From the NCBI GenBank assembly GCA_964619725.1, contig CAZUFC010000006.1, forward strand, positions 1 through 64,000: DNA of 64,000 bases, read 5' to 3'. Positions 20,285 to 30,916 of the stretch are shown in pieces; the first letter of the stretch is position 1, and every line of letters begins with the position of its first letter. This stretch comes from an uncultured bacterium. Its GTDB lineage: Bacteria; CSSED10-310; CAZUFC01. The position numbers and the translations under genes were made by a program. A model generated the notes under the pieces. It saw only the letters and a list, made by a program, of their open reading frames with translations. It searched no databases and was not told the origin of the DNA.

Positions 20285-22030
20285 TCAGTTCCGTAATTTT
20301 TTTTCTTTCCTGGTTGCGGATAAAAGCAAGCTGCCCAATCCGATCAGCAGGATGAACACACCGGTAGTACGCAATGTCGGGACCTGGTCGGGTACCTCTG
20401 TAGGAGTGGCGAAAGGCGACAATGTTGCGGTCGCTCCATCGGTAGGCGTCATAGTCGGCGTAAATGTGGGCATAGGCGCGACTGTAAAGGTGTTCGTAGG
20501 CGTATTTGTCGGCGTGAAAGTCGGTATGGGAGCGATTGTGTTGGTTGCTGTAGCGGTTAAAGTCGGCGTAAATGTGGGTATGGGCGCCATGGTATTGGTG
20601 GGAGTCAAAGTGAATGTATGAATCGGCGTATTTGTCGGCGTGAAGGTGGGTATGGGAACGAAGGTGTTTGTCGGAGTGAAGGTGAACAGAGAGAATGTCG
20701 GCGTTCGCGAAGGAGTCCGTGTGGGAGTGAATGTATTGAGCGGTCCCATGGTATTGGTCGGGGTTCTTGTGGGCGTCCAGGTGTAGGCTGGTAAAGTGGG
20801 CGTTCTAGTTGGAGTATAGGAATGTATGGGCGTCGGCGTATCCGTTCCTGTGGGGGCTGTGCCGGTTATAGTCGGCGTGGGCGTGAATGTGCCTGTGGGA
20901 GTAGCTCCGGTGCCGGTCGGCGTGGCCGTAGGCGAGACGGTTTGGGTCGGCGTCGGTCCTGAAGGAGTGGGTGAAACGGTGCCTGTCGGCGTTGGTCCTG
21001 AAGGCGTTGCGGTGGGTGATGTCGTGCCTGTCGGCGTCGGTCCTGACGGCGTTGCTGTAGGCGATGTAGTACCAGTCGGCGTTGCTCCTGACGGTGTTGA
21101 AGTCGGAGTGGCCGTAGTAGTGGGTGTGGCTCCTGACGGAGTTGATGTCGGAGTGGCTGTTGTGGTCGGTGTGGCGCCTGTCGACGTTCCTGTCGGCGTA
21201 TTCGTGGCTGTTGTGGTCGGTGTGGCTCCTGTTGGAGTCGACGTCGGCGTTGCAGTCGTCGTTGGAGTTGTTCCAGTCGATGTTCCTGTCGGCGTGTTCG
21301 TGGCTGTTGTGGTCGGGGTGACTCCCGTCGGCGTAGAAGTCGGCGGGGACGTCCCAGTCGGCGTATTTCCTGTCGGCGTATTCGTCGGAGTTGCCGTAGT
21401 CGTCGGTCCTGTGCTCGTGCTGGTGGGCGTCCTGGTCGGCGTCGATGTGCTCGACGGCTGCGTGCTCGTGCTCGTCGGCGTCCTCGTCGGCGTCGATGTG
21501 CTCGACGGAGACGTGTTGGTCGGCGTCGGCGAAGGCGCGCTTCCCGTATCCCACCACGTCATATAGTTGGCGGAGGTGCTGCCCGAATAATAACGAATCT
21601 CCACATAATAATAGCCGGAATAATACGGCGTAAAAGTGCATTCCTCGTCCGCAGAACCACCGGCAAGGGAAGAACATAACAATGAATTATCATGACAGTC
21701 TCCGGTCCCTCCCCAGACATATAAATCAAGGTCTACGCCGTCGGGAACCTGGAGACCGACGGTTACCTGCTGCGTGCTCCCGTAAATGAAATACCACCAG
21801 TCTCTCGGATCGCCGGAATCGTATATCGATCCGAACACGCATACGCCTGTCGGAATCTCATTAGCATAATAACAGTCATCGTTCGGTTCCGGTTCAATGT
21901 CTTTCGATCCTCCGTCTGCCGGCAGCAAATTTTTGGGCATGCGGACTTTCTCTACCAGAGCCGAATCCGCTGCCGCAGCAGCAAGCAAGACTGATACGGC
22001 CAGAATGATCAAAATCGGATATCTTTTCAT
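20285..22030 (-). CDS. Secreted PPC-like domain protein with ~380-aa Thr/Pro stalk and IPTL-CTERM-like tail
   Basis: Signal peptide; EPEPND..DWWYF..DLDLYV..YYVEI (PPC-like); ends VPTL + hydrophobic helix + RKEKKLRN. Confidence 0.8.
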   Translation of the reverse strand: MKRYPILIILAVSVLLAAAAADSALVEKVRMPKNLLPADGGSKDIEPEPNDDCYYANEIPTGVCVFGSIYDSGDPRDWWYFIYGSTQQVTVGLQVPDGVDLDLYVWGGTGDCHDNSLLCSSLAGGSADEECTFTPYYSGYYYVEIRYYSGSTSANYMTWWDTGSAPSPTPTNTSPSSTSTPTRTPTSTSTQPSSTSTPTRTPTSTSTGPTTTATPTNTPTGNTPTGTSPPTSTPTGVTPTTTATNTPTGTSTGTTPTTTATPTSTPTGATPTTTATNTPTGTSTGATPTTTATPTSTPSGATPTTTATPTSTPSGATPTGTTSPTATPSGPTPTGTTSPTATPSGPTPTGTVSPTPSGPTPTQTVSPTATPTGTGATPTGTFTPTPTITGTAPTGTDTPTPIHSYTPTRTPTLPAYTWTPTRTPTNTMGPLNTFTPTRTPSRTPTFSLFTFTPTNTFVPIPTFTPTNTPIHTFTLTPTNTMAPIPTFTPTLTATATNTIAPIPTFTPTNTPTNTFTVAPMPTFTPTMTPTDGATATLSPFATPTEVPDQVPTLRTTGVFILLIGLGSLLLSATRKEKKLRN

Positions 22031-22311
22031 AAATCCCCTTCCTTCGATTGAATATTCAAAAGGTTACCCCCATAAATCGGTCTCTTCTTTTTGACTTTTT
22101 TTATTCAAATACGTTTTCCTAAGCTTCAAAAATCCTCAACAGATGCTTACGAGGAGATCACCAATTTTTTTAATAACTGAAAAAATGGCATCAAGTCAAG
22201 AAACGAAGAAACTTTTTTATTGAAATCTTTTTATTTTTATTCGAAAAATGATAGAGTAAGGGACGGCTAACGAAGTCGTTTCGACTAATTTCGAAAGGAA
22301 GACAATTATTC

Positions 22312-24216
22312 ATGAGCAAAGTTATTGATGCCATAAACTCACCGGATGATCTGAAAAAGCTGGATATGCAGGAATTAGAGCAGCTTTCTTCGGAAATACG
22401 AAAGTTCATCATCAGTTCGGTTTCGAAGACGGGCGGGCATCTGGCGTCCAATCTGGGTACGATAGAATTGACGCTGGCGCTGCATTATGTTTTCAACACG
22501 CCGACGGATAAAATTATCTGGGATGTGGGACATCAGTGTTACACCCATAAAATAATAACGGGCCGGAAGGACAAGTTTCACACGTTACGGCAATACAAGG
22601 GGATATCGGGTTTTCCGAAGAGGAGCGAGAGCGTATACGACACTTTCGATACGGGTCACAGCGGAACGTCGATATCGTGTGCATTGGGATTGACTGAAGC
22701 CCGTGACATATTAGGAGACGACTATTTTGTAATAGCCGTAATCGGTGACGGATCGACGACGTCCGGACTGGCGTTTGAAGGAATGAATCAGACGGGAGCG
22801 CGCAAAAAGAAGAAAATGATAGTCATCTTGAACGACAACGAGATGTCGATATCTCCGAATGTAGGAGCGTTATCCGAATATTTCAGTCGCAAGGCGATTT
22901 CAAGGCGGCAATTGCGATTACGAGAGTCTGTGAAGTCGTTATTGGAGATCATTCCGAGTTTGGGCTCCGGGATGGTGAAATTCATCCAGAAATTAGAAGA
23001 AGCGTTGAAAGGCATGATTGTACCGGGCATGTTTTTTGAGGAGTTGGGGTACAGGTATGTGGGGCCTTTGGACGGCAATAACGTACCGGAGCTTATAAAC
23101 ACGCTGGAGAACGTCAAGAATCTGCCCGGTCCCGTTCTGGTGCATGTATTGACGAAGAAGGGAAAGGGGTATTCTCCGGCTGAAAATTACGCCTCCATTT
23201 ATCATGGCGCGCCGCCTTTTAAAATCAGTACCGGCGAATTCCAGAAGAAGTCGACTGTGCCCACATATACGGAAGTATTCGGAAAAACGATGCTGCAATT
23301 GGCTGAGCAGGAATCCCGGATGGTTGCCATTACTGCGGCCATGTGCGAGGGAACGGGCCTTGTGGAATTCAGAGAACGTTATCCAGACCGCTTTTTCGAC
23401 GTGGGCATTGCCGAGCAGCATGCGGTGACGTTCGCCGCAGGTCTGGCATTAAACGGAATCAAACCCGTCGTAGCCATTTATTCGACCTTTTTGCAGAGAG
23501 CTCTGGATCAGGTCATACACGACGTTTGTCTGCAGAATTTACCAGTGGTTTTCGCCATTGACCGCGCCGGGCTCGTAGGCGCTGACGGAGAAACTCATCA
23601 GGGAGAATTCGATATTTCATTTCTCCGTTATATCCCGAATTTGACCTTTATGGCGCCGAAAGATGAAAGGGAGTTTCAGGACATGTTGAAGACGGCTCTG
23701 GAGCTGGGCGGACCCGCTGCAGTAAGGTATCCGCGTCGAAAAGGCTGGGGCGCGCCTTTGGCGGAAGGCGATTTTAAATCTCTGCCTGTCGGAAAAGGAG
23801 AAATCATCAGAGAAGGCGAAGACTTGGTGATGATAGCCATCGGACAGATGGTGAACCATGCGGTCGAAGCGGCCGAACGGCTTCAGAAAGAGGGTATTTC
23901 TGCGGGCGTCATTAATGCGAGGTTCATCAAACCTCTTGATAAAAAACTTATTGTCGAGGCGGCTGAAAAATACGGTAATGTTTTGACTATAGAGGAAAAT
24001 GTGCCGGCCGGCGGATTCGGCGGCGCTGCGGCGGAGGCTCTGGCTGAGGCTGAATGCAAGGCTAATATAAGAATGATGGGCATCCCTGACAGGTTCATCG
24101 AGCACGGCAATCAGAATACTCTGCTGGATTCCATTAATTTGAATGTTGACGGCATTCTGGAACAAAGCAGGAAGTTGCTGAATTACGCATCAGTAAGCAT
24201 GAATAACCGCTACTAA
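22312..24216 (+). CDS. dxs: 1-deoxy-D-xylulose-5-phosphate synthase
   Basis: GGHLASNLG, WDVGHQ, GDG..NDNEMSIS, DVGIAEQHAVT, DRAG, THQG. Confidence 0.97.
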   Translation: MSKVIDAINSPDDLKKLDMQELEQLSSEIRKFIISSVSKTGGHLASNLGTIELTLALHYVFNTPTDKIIWDVGHQCYTHKIITGRKDKFHTLRQYKGISGFPKRSESVYDTFDTGHSGTSISCALGLTEARDILGDDYFVIAVIGDGSTTSGLAFEGMNQTGARKKKKMIVILNDNEMSISPNVGALSEYFSRKAISRRQLRLRESVKSLLEIIPSLGSGMVKFIQKLEEALKGMIVPGMFFEELGYRYVGPLDGNNVPELINTLENVKNLPGPVLVHVLTKKGKGYSPAENYASIYHGAPPFKISTGEFQKKSTVPTYTEVFGKTMLQLAEQESRMVAITAAMCEGTGLVEFRERYPDRFFDVGIAEQHAVTFAAGLALNGIKPVVAIYSTFLQRALDQVIHDVCLQNLPVVFAIDRAGLVGADGETHQGEFDISFLRYIPNLTFMAPKDEREFQDMLKTALELGGPAAVRYPRRKGWGAPLAEGDFKSLPVGKGEIIREGEDLVMIAIGQMVNHAVEAAERLQKEGISAGVINARFIKPLDKKLIVEAAEKYGNVLTIEENVPAGGFGGAAAEALAEAECKANIRMMGIPDRFIEHGNQNTLLDSINLNVDGILEQSRKLLNYASVSMNNRY

Positions 24217-24457
24217 GAATTATGAATTGAGACGGCCCGGGAATCGCATCCTTTGTTTTTCGCACTGGAACATGCTTGTTCAGGCCGCATTGACGGTATG
24301 GAAAGCTCATCGTAAGATATCCTCTTTCGCCGGATCGAGGAGAAATGAGCCTCGATTAAAACGGTCGAAGCCATCATAGTAATGCAATGTTGTTTTCATC
24401 TTTAACCGGCTAGGCGTTCATCAACCGATTACAGAGTGTCGGGGCGCTGCTGGATTC

Positions 24458-25201
24458 ATGGGAAGCGTTAAATTGAAAAGAGTTGACCGAATATTGGTGG
24501 ACAAAGGTTTAGTGAGCGGGAGGGACAAGGCTGTCAGGGCCGTCAAGGCAGGGCTGGTTTATATCGGCGATCAAAGAATCGACAAAGCTTCCATGAGGAT
24601 TGATGAGGAAGCCCCGCTTCGATTGCTTGGGAAAAAGACCGGTTTTGTGGGAAGAGGAGGAGAGAAGCTTTCGCATGCGCTGGATGAGTTCAATATAAAT
24701 CCCGATGGCTGGTGGGCTATGGATGTCGGCGTTTCAACAGGCGGATTCACTGATTGTCTTATAAAAAAAGGCGTTTTGCGCGTGTATGCTGTGGATTGCG
24801 GATACGGACAGACAGACTGGTCGCTTCGTCGCGATACCAGGGTATACCTTTACGAAAGAACCAATTTTCGCTATTTTACTCCTGAAGATTTGCCCGTCAG
24901 AGTCGATTTGACGGTCATCGACGTTTCCTTTATTTCACTGGAAAAAATATTGCCCTCAGCCGCTCCGTTTCTGAAAAAAGAAGGGATCATTATTTCCCTG
25001 GTAAAGCCCCAATTTGAACTGGACAGAAAACAAGTCGGAAAAGGGGGAATAGTGAAGGACCGTGGTGCGGCGTTAAAAGCGGTTGAAAAAATTGAGAAAT
25101 TCGGGGAAAAATTGGGATTGAGGCACGGGGGTTCCATAGCGTCGAAGGTTAAGGGCGCGGACGGCAACCAGGAATATTTTGCGTTATTTCAGGGACAATG
25201 A
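24458..25201 (+). CDS. tlyA: TlyA family rRNA 2'-O-methyltransferase
   Basis: S4 domain, RGGEKL, DVGVSTGGFTD, DVSFISL, LVKPQFE; conserved dxs-tlyA-nadK-recN synteny. Confidence 0.93.
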   Translation: MGSVKLKRVDRILVDKGLVSGRDKAVRAVKAGLVYIGDQRIDKASMRIDEEAPLRLLGKKTGFVGRGGEKLSHALDEFNINPDGWWAMDVGVSTGGFTDCLIKKGVLRVYAVDCGYGQTDWSLRRDTRVYLYERTNFRYFTPEDLPVRVDLTVIDVSFISLEKILPSAAPFLKKEGIIISLVKPQFELDRKQVGKGGIVKDRGAALKAVEKIEKFGEKLGLRHGGSIASKVKGADGNQEYFALFQGQ

Positions 25202-26070
25202 GCAGTACAATGACATTTAAAAAGATAGGCATCATCGCGAAAGTCACGAAACAAGAAACCGTAGAAGTGGTGCGTAATCTTCTGGAATATCTGAAGAGGC
25301 GCGACCGGGAGGCGTATCTCGATATTGATACGGCGAAGGCGACGGATTGCAAGCCTCTGTATCAGAAGAAGGAAATACCGGAGCTTGCGGATTTAATCAT
25401 CGTACTGGGCGGGGACGGAACATTGCTGTCTGTGGCCAGGCTGACGGCTCATCATGACGTTCCATTGCTGGCCGTAAACATCGGCAGCCTGGGATTTCTG
25501 ACGTCGACTCCGCAGGATGAGCTTTACACATCGTTGGATTCGGTTTTCAAAGGGGATTTCACGGTGTCGAGGCGAATGACGATCGACGTGAAAGTGATTG
25601 CAGAATCAAGAATCATCAAAGAGATGACGCTGCTCAACGACGCTGTGATCAACAAGGCGGCGCTGGCGCGCATAATAGATATTCAGACTTACATCGACGG
25701 GCATTACGTGACTACTTACAAATCCGACGGTTTAATCATTTCTACCCCCACTGGTTCTACGGGGTATTCTTTGTCCGCAGGCGGGCCGATCATTTATCCG
25801 GAACTCAATTGCCTCATTCTGGCGCCTATCTGTCCTCATACCCTGACCAACCGTCCCATCATAGTCCATGACAGCGCGGTGATCGATTTGAAGCTTTCAT
25901 CGAAAGATGAGGATTCCGTAGTCACGCTCGACGGTCAGAAAGGTTTGCCCCTGCATTACGGTTATGTCGTTCAGGTTAAAAAATCCCAGTCTGTCATTTC
26001 ATTAATCAAGCCGCCCGGTTTTGATTATTTTGATGTATTGCGCAAGAAACTGAAGTGGGGCGAACGATAG
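25198..26070 (+). CDS. nadK: NAD+ kinase
   Basis: GGDGT, LND, DGLIISTPTGSTGYSLSAGGP, PICPH. Confidence 0.95.
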   Translation: MSSTMTFKKIGIIAKVTKQETVEVVRNLLEYLKRRDREAYLDIDTAKATDCKPLYQKKEIPELADLIIVLGGDGTLLSVARLTAHHDVPLLAVNIGSLGFLTSTPQDELYTSLDSVFKGDFTVSRRMTIDVKVIAESRIIKEMTLLNDAVINKAALARIIDIQTYIDGHYVTTYKSDGLIISTPTGSTGYSLSAGGPIIYPELNCLILAPICPHTLTNRPIIVHDSAVIDLKLSSKDEDSVVTLDGQKGLPLHYGYVVQVKKSQSVISLIKPPGFDYFDVLRKKLKWGER

Positions 26071-26080
26071 AGAATCAGAA

Positions 26081-27775
26081 ATGCTGCTTGAATTAAATAT
26101 CAAAGATTTTGCGGTTATATCGGAGCTGCATCTTGAATTAAGGGAGGGTTTTAATGTGTTGACGGGCGAAACAGGCGCGGGGAAATCCATTCTCGTCGGC
26201 GCGCTTTCTCTTATACTCGGCGCACGCAGTTCAACCGACATGATCCGCACGGGCTGCAAAAAAGCTGAAATAAGCGCCTGCTTTAAAATGCCTGAAAATG
26301 ACGAACTCGAAGCCATTTTTCAAAGCCAGGGACTGAAAAAACCGAAGGACGGCATTTTGAGAATCCGGCGGGAGATAAACAGTTCCGGCCGGTCGCGTTC
26401 ATTCATTCAGGACAATCAGGAACCGCTCAATTCGCTCAATGCCCTGGGCCGCAGACTGGTGGATATTCATGGACAGCATGAGCATCAGTCTTTATTGAAT
26501 ACCGAGCGTCATCTTTTTATTCTTGATTCTTTTGGTGGTCTTGAGAAACAAAGAAAAAAAGTTGAAGAACTTTATGATCTGCAGGAAAAGCTCACGAAAG
26601 AAACGGCACGATTGAAAAGGTTGAAAGCCAAACAGAAGGAAAGGGAAGCGCTGCTGGAATATCAGAAGGCGGAAATCGACAAAGCGCAGCTCAAAGAGAA
26701 TGAAATAGTTGCACTGGATAAAGAGCTTGCCGTATTGAGAAACGCTGAATCGCTGAAACAGACATCTTCGGATATTTATACCGCCCTGTATGAATCGGAA
26801 GGGTCCCTGTACGATGCGTTAAGCGCAAAATTGCGCTCATTGGCGACCATTACGGAAATCGACGATTCGCTGCAACCGGTCGATGAGATTCTCAACAGCG
26901 TCCTGGTGCAGATTCAGGAAGCCTCGGACATGTTACGCAGTTACAGCGACGGCATCGATTTGGACCAGGAACGCTTGGAACTTAGCGAAGAGCGGTTGAC
27001 ACTGTTGGAGGGTCTGGAACGCAAGTACCAGATGAGTATCGATGAAATAATCGATTACAGGCGGAAAATTGAAAAAGAAACGGAAGATTATTCGACCCTG
27101 GAGGAAGCCATAGAAGAAAAGGACGCTGAGTTGCTGCAAACGGAGGAGAAGTTGCGACAAAACGCTCTGAAACTATCGCAAAATAGAAAAATTATTGCGG
27201 AATCCCTTCAGAAAGAAATTGATGAAGAATTAAAAGAACTCGGTATGAAAGACGGCAGGTTCCGGGTTCAATTTAAAGAAAATGAAGACAAAGACGATGA
27301 AATAACTGTGGGCAGGGAAGGAATCGATAATATCGAATTCATGTTTTCAGCGAACATAGGCGAAAACATACGCCCTCTGGCCAAAGCGGCTTCCGGCGGC
27401 GAATTGTCCCGCATCATGCTGGCGATCAAAAACAGGCTAACCTCTGCTGATTTCATCCCCACGCTCATTTTTGACGAAGTGGATGCCGGCATAGGAGGCA
27501 GAACAGCGGAAATTGTCGGCAAAAAATTGAAAAAACTGGCGGCGGAACACCAGGTTATGGTGGTGACCCATTTACCTCAAATAGCGGCCTTGGCCGATGC
27601 TCACTTTTCCGTATCGAAATTTGAGAAAAGCGGCCGCGTTCAGACGCGGGTAGACCTGCTGGACTGGCCGGGAAGAGAAACCGAACTGGCCAGGATGATA
27701 GGCGGCGAGTCATTCAGCGAAGCCGCTCGCAAAACAGCGGCCGAGATTGTAAAATTAAAGAGAAACGAAAAGTGA
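26081..27775 (+). CDS. recN: DNA repair protein RecN
   Basis: GETGAGKS, IHGQHEHQ, coiled coil, ASGGELSR, FDEVDAG, THLPQ. Confidence 0.96.
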   Translation: MLLELNIKDFAVISELHLELREGFNVLTGETGAGKSILVGALSLILGARSSTDMIRTGCKKAEISACFKMPENDELEAIFQSQGLKKPKDGILRIRREINSSGRSRSFIQDNQEPLNSLNALGRRLVDIHGQHEHQSLLNTERHLFILDSFGGLEKQRKKVEELYDLQEKLTKETARLKRLKAKQKEREALLEYQKAEIDKAQLKENEIVALDKELAVLRNAESLKQTSSDIYTALYESEGSLYDALSAKLRSLATITEIDDSLQPVDEILNSVLVQIQEASDMLRSYSDGIDLDQERLELSEERLTLLEGLERKYQMSIDEIIDYRRKIEKETEDYSTLEEAIEEKDAELLQTEEKLRQNALKLSQNRKIIAESLQKEIDEELKELGMKDGRFRVQFKENEDKDDEITVGREGIDNIEFMFSANIGENIRPLAKAASGGELSRIMLAIKNRLTSADFIPTLIFDEVDAGIGGRTAEIVGKKLKKLAAEHQVMVVTHLPQIAALADAHFSVSKFEKSGRVQTRVDLLDWPGRETELARMIGGESFSEAARKTAAEIVKLKRNEK

Positions 27776-28836
27776 GCCGATCCACCAAATCGCGCATACA
27801 TGATTATGTGAAGCCTTTGAAATTAAAGGCAGGTTGGTCTTTCAGGCGTGAATTGAACGGCGCGCTGAACAGGTTGCAGGCGCGCAAGCTTCAGAATGCT
27901 CATGTGCTGGGTTATCCCAAGCATTTAATGGTCGATCCGACGAATATATGCAACCTCAAGTGTCCCCTGTGTCCTTCAGGCAAGGGAGCGTTGAAGCGGC
28001 CGACAGGATTCATGGACCTGAAACTGTTCAAAAAACTCATGGATGAAACCGGACCATACATTTACACATTGACCCTGGCCAATTGGGGCGAACCGCTGCT
28101 GCATCCGAAGCTGACCGACATGATAGCGTATGCAAAGAGATATAAAATCTATGTGGGTTTCAGCTCCAATTTCCATCATTTAAAGGAAGAAACAGCCGAA
28201 AAACTGATAGAAGCCCGCCTGGATGAGGTTGCGGTATCATTGGATGGAGTGACTCCTGAAACTTACCGGAAAGTCAGAGCAGGCGGTAACCTGGAAACGG
28301 TCATGAAGAACCTGGAGCTTCTTATTGAGACACGGCGACGAAAAAATTCGAGTTTACCCCGCATCAGGTGGCAGTTCCTGGTTACCTCCCAAAATGAGCA
28401 TGAGATGAAGGCGGCAGAAGAAAAGGCAAAAGAAATGGGTTTGGACTCGGTCGTTTTCGTGCCTATTTATCTCGATATTGGAGGTTTATTGTGCCGGCCG
28501 CCGGACGAACGGTACGCCCGGGAATCGGAATGGTTGCCTTCGCACGACGAACACAGGCTTTACGATCCGAAAACAGGACGGTTGAAAAATGAACCGGACG
28601 TCTGTCTGCAGCTCTGGGAAGCCGCCACCGTTAACTGGGACGGCGGCGTTTCTCCGTGTTGTGCTGTCATTGATGAAAAGGATGACTTTGGAAAATTCGG
28701 GCCCCAAACATTTAAACAAATCTGGAACAACGAAAAATACAAAGCCGCAAGAAAACTGATGAAAGGCTGCGAAATAGATGAAAAAATGAAAATAATTTGC
28801 CGCTTCTGCAGAAAATTCGGCATCCCCATATTTTAA
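27772..28836 (+). CDS. Radical SAM protein with SPASM/twitch domain
   Basis: CNLKCPLC, WGEPLLHP, C-terminal CLQLW..DG.VSPCC..CRFC; GTGA overlap with recN. Confidence 0.88.
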   Translation: MSRSTKSRIHDYVKPLKLKAGWSFRRELNGALNRLQARKLQNAHVLGYPKHLMVDPTNICNLKCPLCPSGKGALKRPTGFMDLKLFKKLMDETGPYIYTLTLANWGEPLLHPKLTDMIAYAKRYKIYVGFSSNFHHLKEETAEKLIEARLDEVAVSLDGVTPETYRKVRAGGNLETVMKNLELLIETRRRKNSSLPRIRWQFLVTSQNEHEMKAAEEKAKEMGLDSVVFVPIYLDIGGLLCRPPDERYARESEWLPSHDEHRLYDPKTGRLKNEPDVCLQLWEAATVNWDGGVSPCCAVIDEKDDFGKFGPQTFKQIWNNEKYKAARKLMKGCEIDEKMKIICRFCRKFGIPIF

Positions 28837-28837
28837 T

Positions 28838-29851
28838 ATGAAATTGTCACATAAAAAAACGGTTATAGGGAACCTCAAGCGTAAATTGAAACGCTCCTGG
28901 GCCTATAAAAAAGTACCCCTGCCCCGATCAATGCAGCTCGAAGTCGCCAATGCGTGCAATTTCCGGTGCAAAATGTGTCCCGCTCACGGCATGAGAAGCA
29001 AAGGAACCAGAAAAGTAGGCTTCATGGATTGGGACCTTTTCCGCAAAATCGTGGATGAAGCGGCTGAAGAATTTCCCGGGATGCATATCATTCCGCAGGG
29101 GGCCGGAGAATCTTTCATGCATCCGAAGTTTCCACAGATGCTGGGATATTTGAAAGCTGCGGATAATTTCCGGATCGGCTTCAACACCAACGGCGCGCTT
29201 TTGAATGAAAAATTGATGAATCTGATAGTCGACCTGGAAATAGACGATTTTGGGTTCAGTATAGACGCCTTTGACGCGGAGACGTTTAAAGATATCACCG
29301 GTAAGGATTCTTATGAAAAGGTTAAAGCAAATGTGCACCGATTAAGAGAAATTAAATCAGAGAAAAAAGCTTCTCGGCCCCGATTAAGGGTACTGATGGT
29401 TGAGATGGACGAAAACAGGGACAAGATCGACAATTATCTGGACTACTGGCTTCAGTTCGTCGATGAAGCCGTCATTCAGATGGAAAGAGTCGAAAACGGC
29501 AGAACTGCCGCAGATCATTATATCCCGGAGACGAAAAGAGAACCCTGCATGCATCTGTGGAACACCGTCTTCGTTCAATGGGACGGCGATATGGTCATTT
29601 GTTGCGACGACTGGGAAAGCCGTCAAGTGTTGGGCAATTTAAAGGACACGACGATCAGAAGCTTATGGTACGGGGATAAAATGAAGGAAAAACGGGAAAT
29701 TCACCTGAAGGGACAATTCGATAAAATAGATATATGCGAAGAATGCTGCTCCTGGGTTGATAAACCTTTCCGGCTGTACGAATCAGACGATAGAGCCATG
29801 AACGTCGATGCATTGGTGAAAACTTACCGGAAAAAAAGCGAATCGTCCTGA
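28838..29851 (+). CDS. Radical SAM protein with SPASM/twitch domain
   Basis: CNFRCKMC, GESFMHP, NTNG, PCMHLW..DG..CC.D..GN..CEEC. Confidence 0.88.
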   Translation: MKLSHKKTVIGNLKRKLKRSWAYKKVPLPRSMQLEVANACNFRCKMCPAHGMRSKGTRKVGFMDWDLFRKIVDEAAEEFPGMHIIPQGAGESFMHPKFPQMLGYLKAADNFRIGFNTNGALLNEKLMNLIVDLEIDDFGFSIDAFDAETFKDITGKDSYEKVKANVHRLREIKSEKKASRPRLRVLMVEMDENRDKIDNYLDYWLQFVDEAVIQMERVENGRTAADHYIPETKREPCMHLWNTVFVQWDGDMVICCDDWESRQVLGNLKDTTIRSLWYGDKMKEKREIHLKGQFDKIDICEECCSWVDKPFRLYESDDRAMNVDALVKTYRKKSESS

Positions 29852-29884
29852 CCGGCGATTCGAATAAAGAGCTCTTTGTCTAGG

Positions 29885-29937
29885 TAGTGTCTGTCCATAA
29901 ACTCGAATCTCGATTCAAAATTTAATGCTGGACAGGC
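29885..29937. repeat. ~55-bp palindromic dispersed repeat, copy 2 (opposite orientation)
   Basis: TAGTGTCTGTCCATAAACTCGAATCTCGATTCAAAATTTAATGCTGGACAGGC. Confidence 0.85.
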
Positions 29938-29996
29938 GGTGCGAGCTTTCGATTCTTTGACATGAGCGGAATCATTTTAATAATATTTAACGGGTT

Positions 29997-30875
29997 TTGT
30001 TTTCAGAGGAGCTGCGATTGAAAGCGATCATTCGTACAATACTTTACGTCATTTCTTACCCGGTATTCTCCCGTTTGTTCGGTATGCTTGTCAGGATAAA
30101 GCATCCGAAGTTTCTGGTCGCTCAGGTTATCGACCTGTATCAGAAGAGTTTCAGGATCGACATGGATGAATTTGAAGGGGATGTTACCGATTACGATAGT
30201 CTTGCTGATTTTTTTGTAAGGAAACTGGATGAGAAAAAACGCCCGCTTGAGCCGAGGCCGGAGTTTTTCCTGTCGCCGGCGGACGGAATTCTGACGGAAT
30301 GGGAGCGGATAACCGGGGACCGGGCTGTGCAGGTCAAGGGAATCACCTATAAAATCAGCGAGCTGCTTGAAAGCGATATCGGATTCGATCAGGGATGGTA
30401 TGTGTTTACGGTTTATCTGTCTCCTGCCGATTATCACAGGTTTCATACTCCCGTGGATTGCGTTCTTGATGCCTGGCTGCATACCGGCGGTCGCCTCTAC
30501 CCGGTCAATTCCCTTTCTGTTACGACCGTCCAGGATTTGTTTGTGAAAAATGAACGGATAGTCTGTGCGATGTCTTACGAAAAAATGAAATTTTACTATG
30601 TAGCGGTGGGCGCTACTTTCGTAGGCGGCATAAAAATGGTTTTCATCGATAAAGACGTAAAACGGGAATGGGTGACGTCAAACCGTAAATTCAGTCAGAA
30701 TGATGAATTCGGCCGCTTCGACATGGGTTCCACGATTATTCTCGTCACGCCTGAAAAGATGGTGGAGTCCGTCACGGTCAAAAAAGGACAGAGAATCAAA
30801 ACAGGCGATCCTCTGTTTAAAATGAGAAGCGGACTTCAAAATTTGCCTGAGATGAAAGATAAAAATTCGCCGTGA
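29997..30875 (+). CDS. psd: Phosphatidylserine decarboxylase proenzyme
   Basis: FFVRKL, SPADG, QVKG..Y, YLSPADYHRFH, NER, VGAT.VG, F.MGST self-cleavage motif. Confidence 0.92.
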   Translation: MFSEELRLKAIIRTILYVISYPVFSRLFGMLVRIKHPKFLVAQVIDLYQKSFRIDMDEFEGDVTDYDSLADFFVRKLDEKKRPLEPRPEFFLSPADGILTEWERITGDRAVQVKGITYKISELLESDIGFDQGWYVFTVYLSPADYHRFHTPVDCVLDAWLHTGGRLYPVNSLSVTTVQDLFVKNERIVCAMSYEKMKFYYVAVGATFVGGIKMVFIDKDVKREWVTSNRKFSQNDEFGRFDMGSTIILVTPEKMVESVTVKKGQRIKTGDPLFKMRSGLQNLPEMKDKNSP

Positions 30876-30916
30876 CGGGAGCTTTGAACGAGACAAAATA
30901 TAACGACGTTTTTCAA

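Noticed and set aside
20805-21677. 246-aa Val/Gly ORF and 290-aa alternate-frame ORF
   Set aside because: Shadows of the Thr/Pro stalk of the 20285..22030 gene.
24217-24457. 241-bp dxs-tlyA spacer with alternative short hairpins and a 4-codon ORF
   Set aside because: No recognisable riboswitch or 6S/SRP motif; the 6-7 bp stems could arise by chance. An Rfam scan would settle it.
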